Positions 19,273 to 28,547 of a DNA stretch of 64,000 nt are shown here, in pieces. A program made the position numbers and the translations under genes. Origin of the DNA: Escherichia phage vB_EcoM_Lh1B; sequence record OK428535.1; one strand, written 5' to 3'. Position 1 is the first letter of the stretch; the number at the start of each line of letters is the position of its first letter. The notes beneath the pieces are model-generated. The model made no database searches. It was not told where the DNA came from and worked only from the letters and a program-made list of their open reading frames with translations.

Positions 19273-19635
19273 ATGCAAATCGGCTTCTTCTTTAATCGTC
19301 ACGGAATCGTGTTTGTTTGTGGTGTTCCGGATAGTGACGGGAGACGTGTACNCANNTTAGAACTCGACGAAACATCTATGGTNGNGTGGAAAGAGAAACT
19401 TGCNCCCTTCGCAGAAGGTAAGTTTCAACTATTGCAACTCTACACGCAAGCTGCGTCGCCACGCGTGGCTTTCTCTAGGCTTGGGGACAGTGAAGACACC
19501 ACACACCTGGTTATCTTCAGTGGGCAGCCTGGTCGTGTATTGAGCGAATTATTGATGGGATTCAACCCGCCTAGCAAGCCCAGGATGAATACGTACAATG
19601 TGCACGACAGTAGTCAAATTCTTATTCTTCGATAA
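19273..19635 (+). CDS. hypothetical protein
   Basis: 120-aa ORF with AAGGAG RBS. Confidence 0.5.
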   Translation: MQIGFFFNRHGIVFVCGVPDSDGRRVXXLELDETSMXXWKEKLXPFAEGKFQLLQLYTQAASPRVAFSRLGDSEDTTHLVIFSGQPGRVLSELLMGFNPPSKPRMNTYNVHDSSQILILR

Positions 19636-19683
19636 TTTACGGCCACGGCTGTACGTATGTAAAAGACCTCAAGGAGAACTATA

Positions 19684-20103
19684 ATGAACAATATCGCGTT
19701 TGAAAAAGGCGTTGGCTTACTTCTGAACAACACCATCGTCGCTGGCACTAATAACGCNAACTGGGAAGCGTTAGCACAACGTCTCAAAGACAAGCCGGTG
19801 AAAATCGTGGTGACGAGCGAGTTACCGTTAAACGGCACAATGGCAAACTGTGGTCCAATGTTTGCAGCGTTTAATGTCGACTATGATTGCGGCTCCGCTT
19901 TCTTACAAAACGCCGCGTTACGTAGCCGTCTGTACAGCTGGCGTTTACTAGGTCCGGTAAGTAAAGCCGCAGGTCAAATGGTTAACCAGGGAACACCGAT
20001 GTCGGGTGTAGAAGACCAGACTATCGCCGTTGTCGTTTCTCGCGCAACCGGCCAGCTTAACTTTGCAATCTGCTACGCGTATCAGGAGGAGGAGTATGTT
20101 TAG
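19684..20103 (+). CDS. hypothetical protein
   Basis: 139-aa ORF with AAGGAGA RBS. Confidence 0.5.
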   Translation: MNNIAFEKGVGLLLNNTIVAGTNNXNWEALAQRLKDKPVKIVVTSELPLNGTMANCGPMFAAFNVDYDCGSAFLQNAALRSRLYSWRLLGPVSKAAGQMVNQGTPMSGVEDQTIAVVVSRATGQLNFAICYAYQEEEYV

Positions 20104-20956
20104 TATCATTCAGCAAGTTCAAGCGGTCGAAGAGTGGTTTCGGCAAGCGGATATTTACCAATACGGGACACGCGAGCAGCAGCTAGCCAAGTTCTATCGC
20201 ACATTAGGCGACGTCGCTGAAGGTGTGCAGAAGATGGACAACTTGAAAGTGGCGGCGGCCATGGGTCGCTCTCTTTGGGCGTTCGTTGGTCTGTTGCACT
20301 TCGGCAAGCACACGAACGTGGGAGATTTCGTTATTCCACTGGATGCAGCTATAAAAGACCGCACCACGGGAAACACCAAAGAGTTCCGTCTTCATAACCT
20401 TTTTGTTGTTGCCACCGAAGTGGTTGGACTCATATTGCAAGATGAGCACGAGCCCCACAGCTACGTTACCGAGCTGCATAGTTTGGCGCGACAATACCGA
20501 ATGTTGGCGCGTATCTGCGGCCTGGAATTCGGCCGTGTAATATACAACGGACATCGTGTGCTAATCAACACGAAAGGTGAAATGAACGGCATCGGGTTGT
20601 TTGTTCCCGCGTCTGATGATTTTACTGGCGATAAATTGCCTGGTTCTAGACAGATGTCTGGGCCAGCCATCTGTCTGATGTTCCAGACTGTCCTGGACAG
20701 TTGTGTCGCTACGCACCTTGCGCCCTATTGCCACCGGCCGTTTAAACGCGACGAGTTGCCGACAATCAATGCTGCACTCGCAACTACGTTAAACGAACTG
20801 CTGGACAAATATGTTCGTGACTCAGTGCGCTGGAATCGTATCCTGTTCGAACGTGTACCTGAAATAACCGCAGCCTACACAGATGGCGGTGTGAATGTGG
20901 TGATGAATGATGATCTACTTTACTTATTTGAAAGCTTAAAGAGGGATAGTATCTAA
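20096..20956 (+). CDS. hypothetical protein, translationally coupled to thymidylate synthase
   Basis: In-frame ATG at 20096 preceded by AGGAGGAGG; its stop overlaps the thyA start (TAATG). Confidence 0.55.
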   Translation: MFSIIQQVQAVEEWFRQADIYQYGTREQQLAKFYRTLGDVAEGVQKMDNLKVAAAMGRSLWAFVGLLHFGKHTNVGDFVIPLDAAIKDRTTGNTKEFRLHNLFVVATEVVGLILQDEHEPHSYVTELHSLARQYRMLARICGLEFGRVIYNGHRVLINTKGEMNGIGLFVPASDDFTGDKLPGSRQMSGPAICLMFQTVLDSCVATHLAPYCHRPFKRDELPTINAALATTLNELLDKYVRDSVRWNRILFERVPEITAAYTDGGVNVVMNDDLLYLFESLKRDSI

Positions 20957-21987
20957 TGAAACAGTATCTTGAAATGATGCAGAATATTCTGGATGAAGGG
21001 CATGTTAAAGGCGATCGTACTGGGACAGGGACGCTCTCCGTCTTTGGTCGCCAAATGCGTTTTGATTTGCGCAAAGGTTTCCCGTTAGTCACGACTAAGA
21101 AACTCCACCTGCGTTCTATTATTCACGAACTGCTGTGGTTCCTTAGTGGCGATACCAACACCAAATATCTGGAAGATAACGGCGTTACCATTTGGCGGGA
21201 GTGGCAAGATGAAAATGGGAACCTTGGCCCCCTGTATGGGGAACAGTGGAGACGTTGGAAAGATGTGAAACTGGTGCCTAAGAAAAATGCAGCTTTACTC
21301 GAGAAACTGCAAGATGCTGGATACGTGGATTATGGCGACGCGGACGACGGTTCACAAATGTTCGATGCGCGTGTACTTCTGAAACTACACGACCAAATCT
21401 CTAAGGTGATTGACCAACTGCGTAACGATCCTGACAGTCGCCGTATTATTGTCAGCGCATGGAATGTGGGTGAGTTGGATCAAATGGCGTTAGCGCCGTG
21501 TCATGCTTTCTTCCAATTTTACACTCGTGAGCTGTCTATCGACGAGCGGGTGAATTGGGCAGAAGATAACGATAACGAACTCTGGTCTGATTATGTCCAC
21601 AGCACGTACGTACCCGCACCTAAGCGATTAGAGTGGTTGGATAAAGCCAACGTGCCAACCCGTATGTTGTCATGTCAGCTGTATGCACGTTCCCAAGACT
21701 TCTTCCTGGGAACACCGTTCAACATCGCGTCTTACGCATTACTCGTACACATGGTAGCTCAGCAAGTTAACATGGTCCCGGGCGATTTCGTTTGGAGTGG
21801 TGGTGACGTACATCTGTACTCCAACCATCTGGAACAGGCTAAATTGCAGCTGACGCGCCAACCTTTACCTTTACCGAAACTGGTCATCAAGCGTAAACCG
21901 GATTCTATCTTCGATTATAAGTTCGAAGATTTCGAAATCCGGGATCACGTATCCCATGAAAAAATATCTGCACCTGTCGCTATCTAA
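20956..21987 (+). CDS. thyA: thymidylate synthase (ThyA-type) with two insertions
   Basis: 343 aa; [15 protein letters not shown]...[48 protein letters not shown], active-site [27 protein letters not shown] and C-terminal KISAPVAI all match bacterial ThyA blocks in order. Confidence 0.95.
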   Translation: MKQYLEMMQNILDEGHVKGDRTGTGTLSVFGRQMRFDLRKGFPLVTTKKLHLRSIIHELLWFLSGDTNTKYLEDNGVTIWREWQDENGNLGPLYGEQWRRWKDVKLVPKKNAALLEKLQDAGYVDYGDADDGSQMFDARVLLKLHDQISKVIDQLRNDPDSRRIIVSAWNVGELDQMALAPCHAFFQFYTRELSIDERVNWAEDNDNELWSDYVHSTYVPAPKRLEWLDKANVPTRMLSCQLYARSQDFFLGTPFNIASYALLVHMVAQQVNMVPGDFVWSGGDVHLYSNHLEQAKLQLTRQPLPLPKLVIKRKPDSIFDYKFEDFEIRDHVSHEKISAPVAI

Positions 21988-21999
21988 TTAGGAGCGTTT

Positions 22000-22536
22000 A
22001 TGGCTGACAACGTCGTTCCATTCAAACCTAAAGTGGCGGTTGCTACGGACGAACCGCCGTTTATTCCTGTCAATGGACAGAAGATCATCGAGTTTCCAGA
22101 CGAACATCGTGGACAATTGCACGTTCCACAACCGGACGGGACGATGAAAGCTATCGGTTTCCCGATAGCTGAACAAGAATGGTGGACGCTTCTGGCCATC
22201 CAGATGATGTCGCGTGGTCTGGGTGTGTCTACGGAACCTGTCGTTCGCATTAATACCGACCCGTATATCCACGAACAAGGCAGTTGGATGGAACGACGTC
22301 GGACAATGGAGATGCAGATTAGCAAAGAAACGCTTTTGCAAATCGCAGAATCCACACCTTTCATCCTGACCTCATCTTTTAACGGGGATATGGATGAAGA
22401 CCTCTACATGCACCTTTCAGGCTTAGCAGCTGAGCACCGTATTGCAGAAGAAGAGCCTATCTATACCGAAGCGATGATTATCCATCCGACCGGCTTAGAA
22501 GGTAATACCTTTAAACTGATTTGGGTGGAGCTATGA
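22000..22536 (+). CDS. hypothetical protein
   Basis: 178-aa ORF. Confidence 0.5.
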   Translation: MADNVVPFKPKVAVATDEPPFIPVNGQKIIEFPDEHRGQLHVPQPDGTMKAIGFPIAEQEWWTLLAIQMMSRGLGVSTEPVVRINTDPYIHEQGSWMERRRTMEMQISKETLLQIAESTPFILTSSFNGDMDEDLYMHLSGLAAEHRIAEEEPIYTEAMIIHPTGLEGNTFKLIWVEL

Positions 22537-22784
22537 CTGACCGACTTACTAAAACAATTCGACTACCACAAGAGCGTAATGTTCGCAAAGGCGTTGTTTT
22601 AACGGGGGAACAACGGGTTGAATTAAAGGCCCTGTTCCCGGAACAAACCGATTATCATGTCGACCAAACGGNATTAAAAGAGTTTGCAAAGAACGCTCCT
22701 GAAATGCTGCTGCGTAAGAAAGAAGAAGAACTGAATATGCTCCGTAACAGCGTAGACGTTCTCTTTAAAACAATGGAGAAATAA
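22521..22784 (+). CDS. hypothetical protein
   Basis: 87-aa ORF. Confidence 0.45.
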   Translation: MGGAMTDRLTKTIRLPQERNVRKGVVLTGEQRVELKALFPEQTDYHVDQTXLKEFAKNAPEMLLRKKEEELNMLRNSVDVLFKTMEK

Positions 22785-22785
22785 G

Positions 22786-23553
22786 ATGATGAAGCTCTTT
22801 GCGTTCTCCGATGAATTCTACACAGTGGAATTCGACGACTACGAATACGGGTTATTAGGGGCCGTCGACATGGAAGACGCTAAACGGCAGCTTCCCACTA
22901 GCGAAATAGAAATCATTGAGATTGGGGAAACTAATCTTAGTGGTATTTTGATGCTGGGGCGGCGACCNCGNCCTGNGGAACCNGNGNNGGAAAAANAGNA
23001 AANGNNANNGNTTTTTTTGGTTTTTGAGCCGAAAGACCCCGCAGCGATAGCGAAGGTAGTCGATACGTTACGGCCACAGATTGGCGTCGCGATTGAAAAT
23101 TATCGNTGGGCTCGTTTCTCAGGCGACACGCCGATATTTTCGAATAAGCACTGGTTGTTATGTATCAACAACGACACGATAATGGTACCGTTAACAGGGG
23201 AGAAGAATTTTGAAGATAACTTCGTCCCTGGCGAAGAGTCTGTTATCTTCGAGTATACCCATGTCATCGGAAAGCCGAGCTTCTACCAAGTTCTGATTGA
23301 TGTCTTGACTCACGTCGGTCGAACCATCGAATACCACTACTGGGCACGCCAGGCGCGTTCTAAATGGTTCTCGTTGACGTACGTCGAAGGTTGGGAACGT
23401 GTTGTTGAAAAGATTGACGGGCGCTATGAGCAGATTTGGTTCCTGAACCCGGCTTTCCGTGAAGAATTACCCGCATGGGTAAAAGAAGAGGCGAGCAAGC
23501 TGACGGTTGGCTTTACTAAGCAGGGCGCGCCGTATATGGTTAACTACAAATAA
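22786..23553 (+). CDS. hypothetical protein
   Basis: 255-aa ORF; contains an N-rich homopolymer-like stretch (22968-23011) without frame loss. Confidence 0.55.
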   Translation: MMKLFAFSDEFYTVEFDDYEYGLLGAVDMEDAKRQLPTSEIEIIEIGETNLSGILMLGRRXXPXEXXXEKXXXXXXFLVFEPKDPAAIAKVVDTLRPQIGVAIENYXWARFSGDTPIFSNKHWLLCINNDTIMVPLTGEKNFEDNFVPGEESVIFEYTHVIGKPSFYQVLIDVLTHVGRTIEYHYWARQARSKWFSLTYVEGWERVVEKIDGRYEQIWFLNPAFREELPAWVKEEASKLTVGFTKQGAPYMVNYK

Positions 23554-23564
23554 GGTGAAAACAG

Positions 23565-24044
23565 ATGTCTATAACTCGGATCGATTATCGTGCCGTAGTA
23601 AAAGAACTGTCCAAAGGTCTTATCGAACTGGACTCCGATGAAGCCCGCAACTGTGGCTTCCTGCCACACATTGCACTGAGTGAGTTCCGTACCATCCGTT
23701 ACGGTGCCGGTCGTCAGAAGGGCGTTACAACACACACCGTTGATATGTCAGCAAAGTTCCACGGCAGCGTTCTGTATCTGGTCCACAATGAATCGTTACG
23801 AAACGAAGTAGTGGAGAAGTTCCATGAAAAGGCTGCCGGGAACGGTTGGTTGACCGTGCACTGTAACTACTTGCCTGAGGGTTGGAAACGCGCGACAGGT
23901 GCTGGTATATCCGGCTACGAGAAATTCGGCTTGGTTATTGTCGACGAAGCGGGTTTCTTCTTCAACAAGTTCAGTTACGATAAAATCTATCGCAGTCTGG
24001 TTGACGTAGTAACGCCAGACGTTGTGATTCACCTGATTAATTAA
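23565..24044 (+). CDS. hypothetical protein
   Basis: 159-aa ORF. Confidence 0.5.
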   Translation: MSITRIDYRAVVKELSKGLIELDSDEARNCGFLPHIALSEFRTIRYGAGRQKGVTTHTVDMSAKFHGSVLYLVHNESLRNEVVEKFHEKAAGNGWLTVHCNYLPEGWKRATGAGISGYEKFGLVIVDEAGFFFNKFSYDKIYRSLVDVVTPDVVIHLIN

Positions 24045-24056
24045 GTAGAGGAAAAT

Positions 24057-24245
24057 ATGGCTGGAGAACTCGGTCGTGGGCAAGCCACAACGTTCATGTA
24101 TCGTGATGGGTTAGGTGCGGATGTAAACATGTCTCCGGATGACGAGATGGTTATCCCTGGACTTGACCCCGACGCAGGTGTGGAAGGTGGCGTTGACCCG
24201 TCGAAAGACGACGACAACTGCACTGGTGGTGCGTGCAAGATTTAA
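24057..24245 (+). CDS. hypothetical small acidic protein
   Basis: 62-aa ORF followed directly by a terminator. Confidence 0.4.
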   Translation: MAGELGRGQATTFMYRDGLGADVNMSPDDEMVIPGLDPDAGVEGGVDPSKDDDNCTGGACKI

Positions 24246-24255
24246 AATACGTATT

Positions 24256-24290
24256 AGGGTGTCCATATGGACACCCTACTTATTTTTTTG
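24256..24290 (+). terminator. intrinsic terminator
   Basis: Stem AGGGTGTCC / GGACACCCT with ATAT loop followed by T-tract. Confidence 0.6.
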
Positions 24291-24307
24291 TTTAAGGAGC
24301 TATCAAA

Positions 24308-25249
24308 ATGGGCGAACGTTTCATTATCCAGATTCCGTATAACGTTATTGTTGAACCTAATCAGTACCTGGCACAGATTAATGAGCTTCTGGCTGGATTC
24401 TGCCAACGTCAGTTTGTTAAACCGNGGTCCTTTGANAAACTNTACACCCTNTGCGNGAACAGNGAAACCGGTCACACTTACGTCGAAGGTAAAGTCTTCA
24501 NAGGCNACCAGCGTTTGGAAANAAATGATTTCGAAATGCCGTGGACGTTGGAGGGTGTCGAATATCGTGGTACGGTTGATCGCCCGCGTTACGTGCCTTT
24601 GTACACCATCCCACAATGTATTACTAACGTTATGGGTTGGTCTAAAGCGCGTGGTATTCTGGATAACGGCGTCTGGTATAGCCAAGCCACCAAACTCTAC
24701 GAAGAAGACGGTGAAGCAGCAACCGGCATCAGCAAAACCAAAGAACGTCTTATCATGGACGGCCTAGGCGATGCAATGGTGGTACTGGTTAACTTGATGG
24801 AACTCATTAAGTTTGACTCAACCGATATCACCACATACGTCAACGACGCACGTTCAAAGAAACCACACGCCGGGAACAGTCATTACCTGTTCCACAAAAT
24901 GCGTTTCCATCTTACTTGTGCAGTTGATTATATCTGGGATCAGGCAGGCATCGACTCAGCTAAGCAACTCGAATATAAACACTTCGAGAACAGCGACGCG
25001 GTAATGATCGAATGTCACTTCGCGCAGATGGTCGAATACGCCAATGCGCTGGCTAATGCGTACAACATTACCCTGGAACAGTGCTTCTCACTGGCTTGGG
25101 ATGAAATCAAAGACCGTAAGGGTTTCCTGAACGCGGACGGTATCTTCGTTAAAGAAGCAGACATGACCGCTGCTGAAATCGAAGTAAACGGTTCCCTTAC
25201 TGTAAAAGATGAGGCGCTTACCGATGGCGAAGAAACTGTTCACGGTTGA
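24308..25249 (+). CDS. hypothetical protein
   Basis: 313-aa ORF with AAGGAG RBS. Confidence 0.55.
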   Translation: MGERFIIQIPYNVIVEPNQYLAQINELLAGFCQRQFVKPXSFXKXYTXCXNXETGHTYVEGKVFXGXQRLEXNDFEMPWTLEGVEYRGTVDRPRYVPLYTIPQCITNVMGWSKARGILDNGVWYSQATKLYEEDGEAATGISKTKERLIMDGLGDAMVVLVNLMELIKFDSTDITTYVNDARSKKPHAGNSHYLFHKMRFHLTCAVDYIWDQAGIDSAKQLEYKHFENSDAVMIECHFAQMVEYANALANAYNITLEQCFSLAWDEIKDRKGFLNADGIFVKEADMTAAEIEVNGSLTVKDEALTDGEETVHG

Positions 25250-25646
25250 TTACGATGAATACGTTGATCGTTTACTGGTCAACAATATCGTCTGGGAAGA
25301 CCACGGTCTAATGCCATGGCATCTGAAACTCCTAGCGGAGCGTTCAGAACAATGCGGTGGTTTGGAGTTCGTACTCACCGACACACCAATTCCGGTACCT
25401 CATATTGCGCCGGTAGAAAATCTGTACTTCTTCGATGCTAATGTGAAGTTATTACAGCAGGTACTCTATACGCATGACTGGCGTGGTGGTTGTCAGTTCC
25501 CAGAGAACGTTCTAAAGCTCTCTGAGCGCTTCGGCACCGACATTGCATACTGTCAAACGTTCCCAAAAGACTTGGGACGAAACAGCGTGGTACTGTGGTA
25601 TTACCCTCCGGTAAAAGACATCGTGAAAGTGATTATCGAACGCTAA
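25209..25646 (+). CDS. hypothetical protein (start may be 25224)
   Basis: 145-aa ORF; a second in-frame ATG at 25224 has a GAGG SD-like sequence. Confidence 0.5.
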   Translation: MRRLPMAKKLFTVDYDEYVDRLLVNNIVWEDHGLMPWHLKLLAERSEQCGGLEFVLTDTPIPVPHIAPVENLYFFDANVKLLQQVLYTHDWRGGCQFPENVLKLSERFGTDIAYCQTFPKDLGRNSVVLWYYPPVKDIVKVIIER

Positions 25647-25701
25647 AAAATAAAAGCAAACGAGTACCCCGTAAGGGGTACTCGCGTTACTTATTTTTTT
25701 T
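25647..25701. terminator. bidirectional intrinsic terminator
   Basis: Stem GAGTACCCC / GGGGTACTC with GTAA loop, A-run before and T-run after, at a convergent junction. Confidence 0.6.
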
Positions 25702-25702
25702 G

Positions 25703-26254
25703 TTACGCTTGAGTCATGTCGGAGATGTCATAAACCAGACCGTTCAACTCAGTAACGGTGATCAGTTTACTGATATCGACACCATCGCTCGGAACTTCGG
25801 TCAAATAAACTTCAACCGTACCCGTCCACGCCAGTGACTTTCCATTGAAACGCAAATTGTGTTTCGTGGAAGACGTCATTGACTCGTTTGCGTAGATCTC
25901 CGATACGTCAATCATCCAGTTATACTTAGCCTGCAATAACGGGACAAGATCAGCAGCAGTAGATGCGCTACTACCGTCCACAGACAGCACCACGTTTTCA
26001 AACAGGTGGGCTACGTCCAATCGACGGTAAGTAAGACCCATCTTACCAAACGTACCTTTCTCAACGATACCAGAAACATCGAGACTGGTGTTCAGTCTGG
26101 TGTACTGTTCTGGGTCAGGATCGGCTGCGGTGATGTGCGACGGGTTACCGAACGACAATTTATCGATGGTCACGCCCTTACCAGTCAGTCCGGGATTCTG
26201 GGACACGATAAGATCGTAAACCAACTCTTTTGCGGTCTTTCCAAATAAACTCAT
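25703..26254 (-). CDS. hypothetical protein, likely virion-associated
   Basis: 183-aa ORF, last gene of the minus-strand block containing the giant SLT protein. Confidence 0.5.
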   Translation of the reverse strand: MSLFGKTAKELVYDLIVSQNPGLTGKGVTIDKLSFGNPSHITAADPDPEQYTRLNTSLDVSGIVEKGTFGKMGLTYRRLDVAHLFENVVLSVDGSSASTAADLVPLLQAKYNWMIDVSEIYANESMTSSTKHNLRFNGKSLAWTGTVEVYLTEVPSDGVDISKLITVTELNGLVYDISDMTQA

Positions 26255-26276
26255 AATGCGCTACCTCTGTGGTGTA

Positions 26277-28499
26277 TTATCGCGCTTGTGGTAGGAAAAT
26301 GTTCGCGATTTGTCGTGCCGGTATGATATCTAACGCGGCGTTGACGATGCTGCCCTGTGACCAGGNACTTGCCCNNTTCTNCGCCCAGATAGACGCGTTG
26401 ATTTTAGCCTGCGCGATACCGTTGGTACGCTCGTAAAGCGTGGCAGCACCCAACACAGACATAAATTCACTGAACTTGTTATCATCATCAAACACACCAA
26501 TATCAGTTACAATCGGCATGTACATAACACGCGACAGGTCGCGAATAGTTACCTGTATATCACACGACAACGGCAGACCGTCAGCACGCCACCCTAACCC
26601 ACCTGTACCAAACTGGAGACTCAAGTTAGTTACCATGGCATTACGCATGGAATAACGACCACGAGAATAACACTCCAGATAGAACGGGTGCGTAAACGAT
26701 TGTTTACCGGTTGCTAACGGGCAAACTGCCGCTAACCAGAACGACAACGGGACAATCAGATCCTGGAACACATCTAAGTCGTTACCCGACCAACAGCGAA
26801 GAGGAATGCTTAGCGAGATATCGTCACCTGAGGTGTCTGAGGAGTCCCACACTTCCGGGAAGTCAATCACTGACGAGTTGTACAGCGACATAATCCCTGA
26901 TAAATGCAAGAAATCGAGTGCGCCTGTAAAGGCGGACTTCAACCCAGTAATGAGACCATCGACTGCGTCGAAACCAGTCTTACCACCAGAGAGGTTTACT
27001 TCCAAAGAACGTGCTTTCTGTGTGGCGGAGTTAACCGTGCCAGAGATTTCAGGTTCTTTGGTGGTGTTGGAGAACGAACGCCCTACGGTATCACGTCCAT
27101 CAACACGCCAAGTAATCCACTGCGAACCATTGCGTATCTCCGAAGCGATGTTCGAAGTTAACCCATCCATAGCGCCTTCTAAAATATCGATATAGTCTTT
27201 GAAGACGCTACCGACAGATTCTTTCTGGCCTTGGTCCATCCAGTTTTCAATCTTCCCAATGTCGAGATTATTCTCATCCATTGAGTTTGCTTCGGTCTGA
27301 CTTTTAGCAACCTGAGCCTGGTTCTTTTCAACCTGTGCCATACGCTCGGCAAGCTCTTTACGTTGCGCATCACCTTCGTTTTCGAAGTTTTCAGCTTTAC
27401 CTCCTTGTGACTGAGCATCCTGAATGCTTCCGTTCATCCCTGCTACCAGTTCGTCTTCTTTGTTATCGACGTTTTCAAAACCGGCATCGTACCCTTTACC
27501 GGCTTTGGCTACGTATTCAAGGTTACGTAAAGAAACCTCGTACTGCGCAGCTTTCTCCAAATGGGTTGTTGAGTACGTCGCTTCCAGATAGAAGTTTCGC
27601 AAACGTCGAGCCATGTCCTCTTCGTTACTCGACTCTTTACGAATTTTATCGATGGTTTTCGCCTGGTAGTTGGCTAATGTTTGGTAGCGGTTAATCATTC
27701 GATAGATATCGAACTCACCATCAGCTGTCCAGATTTCTGGCAGCATGGAGTACCACTCTTTGCGGTCGCCGTTGTACTTATTAGCAGTACCGCCTTTCTC
27801 AGACCCATCTACAGCATTAGCAAGCTGGAAAGTCCCTAACACACCCGTTGGTACCAATCGGCGATAAACTAACTGGGTGTTGACCATATTCTGCACAGCG
27901 CGCAGATACAAGTGCATTGTCGGTTTCACGTAGTAGTAGCGAGAAGTCTGCTTGTTCAGCACCATCTTCAACATACGTGGTGTAATTAGAATAACCGCAA
28001 AGGCAACCGTACCTACCGCGGCCCATATTGCTGCGGCGGCAACATACGTCCCCATCGCACGTAACATACCTGGGTAGTCACCTGTGCGCGCCAGATACGC
28101 TAGGTTGGAATCGTACATATTCGCGAAGAATGCAGCGACCCCGATATATCGAGGTTTACCGAAACGACAATGAAGATAAAAACTGTTTTGGTTAATAGCT
28201 TCGTAATAGAAAGTACCTAGACGATAGGAACCACGTTGGTCTTGACCTTTAACGTACTTTGAGTACGAGCCACGACCTGCATCAGGTTGTGCAAAAGCAC
28301 CTGTTGAACTCGGATCAGCAAACATCGTAAACTGCGGCGGCGCATTTAACGCTTGCGAACCACCCATCGTGGTATCTTCAAACGAGAGCATCGCGTTAGA
28401 GTAACGACGCAAACCCAGGAAACGCTCATCGCGTTGTGCGGTTGTACCGCCAAACAGGCCGGTTACCCANCCNNAATCTTTTAGTTGTCTTGCTTCCAT
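26277..28499 (-). CDS. large membrane-associated protein, probable virion/ejection protein
   Basis: About 740 aa from in-frame ATG at 28497-28499 with GAGAGG RBS (ORF track uses a GTG at 28538); hydrophobic segment TYVAAAAIWAAVGTVAFAVILI and a charged coiled-coil-like middle. Confidence 0.6.
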   Translation of the reverse strand: MEARQLKDXXWVTGLFGGTTAQRDERFLGLRRYSNAMLSFEDTTMGGSQALNAPPQFTMFADPSSTGAFAQPDAGRGSYSKYVKGQDQRGSYRLGTFYYEAINQNSFYLHCRFGKPRYIGVAAFFANMYDSNLAYLARTGDYPGMLRAMGTYVAAAAIWAAVGTVAFAVILITPRMLKMVLNKQTSRYYYVKPTMHLYLRAVQNMVNTQLVYRRLVPTGVLGTFQLANAVDGSEKGGTANKYNGDRKEWYSMLPEIWTADGEFDIYRMINRYQTLANYQAKTIDKIRKESSNEEDMARRLRNFYLEATYSTTHLEKAAQYEVSLRNLEYVAKAGKGYDAGFENVDNKEDELVAGMNGSIQDAQSQGGKAENFENEGDAQRKELAERMAQVEKNQAQVAKSQTEANSMDENNLDIGKIENWMDQGQKESVGSVFKDYIDILEGAMDGLTSNIASEIRNGSQWITWRVDGRDTVGRSFSNTTKEPEISGTVNSATQKARSLEVNLSGGKTGFDAVDGLITGLKSAFTGALDFLHLSGIMSLYNSSVIDFPEVWDSSDTSGDDISLSIPLRCWSGNDLDVFQDLIVPLSFWLAAVCPLATGKQSFTHPFYLECYSRGRYSMRNAMVTNLSLQFGTGGLGWRADGLPLSCDIQVTIRDLSRVMYMPIVTDIGVFDDDNKFSEFMSVLGAATLYERTNGIAQAKINASIWAXXXASXWSQGSIVNAALDIIPARQIANIFLPQAR

Positions 28500-28547
28500 G
28501 TAAAACCTCTCTGTAAGATGATTAGGGGGTGTTGCCACCCCCTACGA

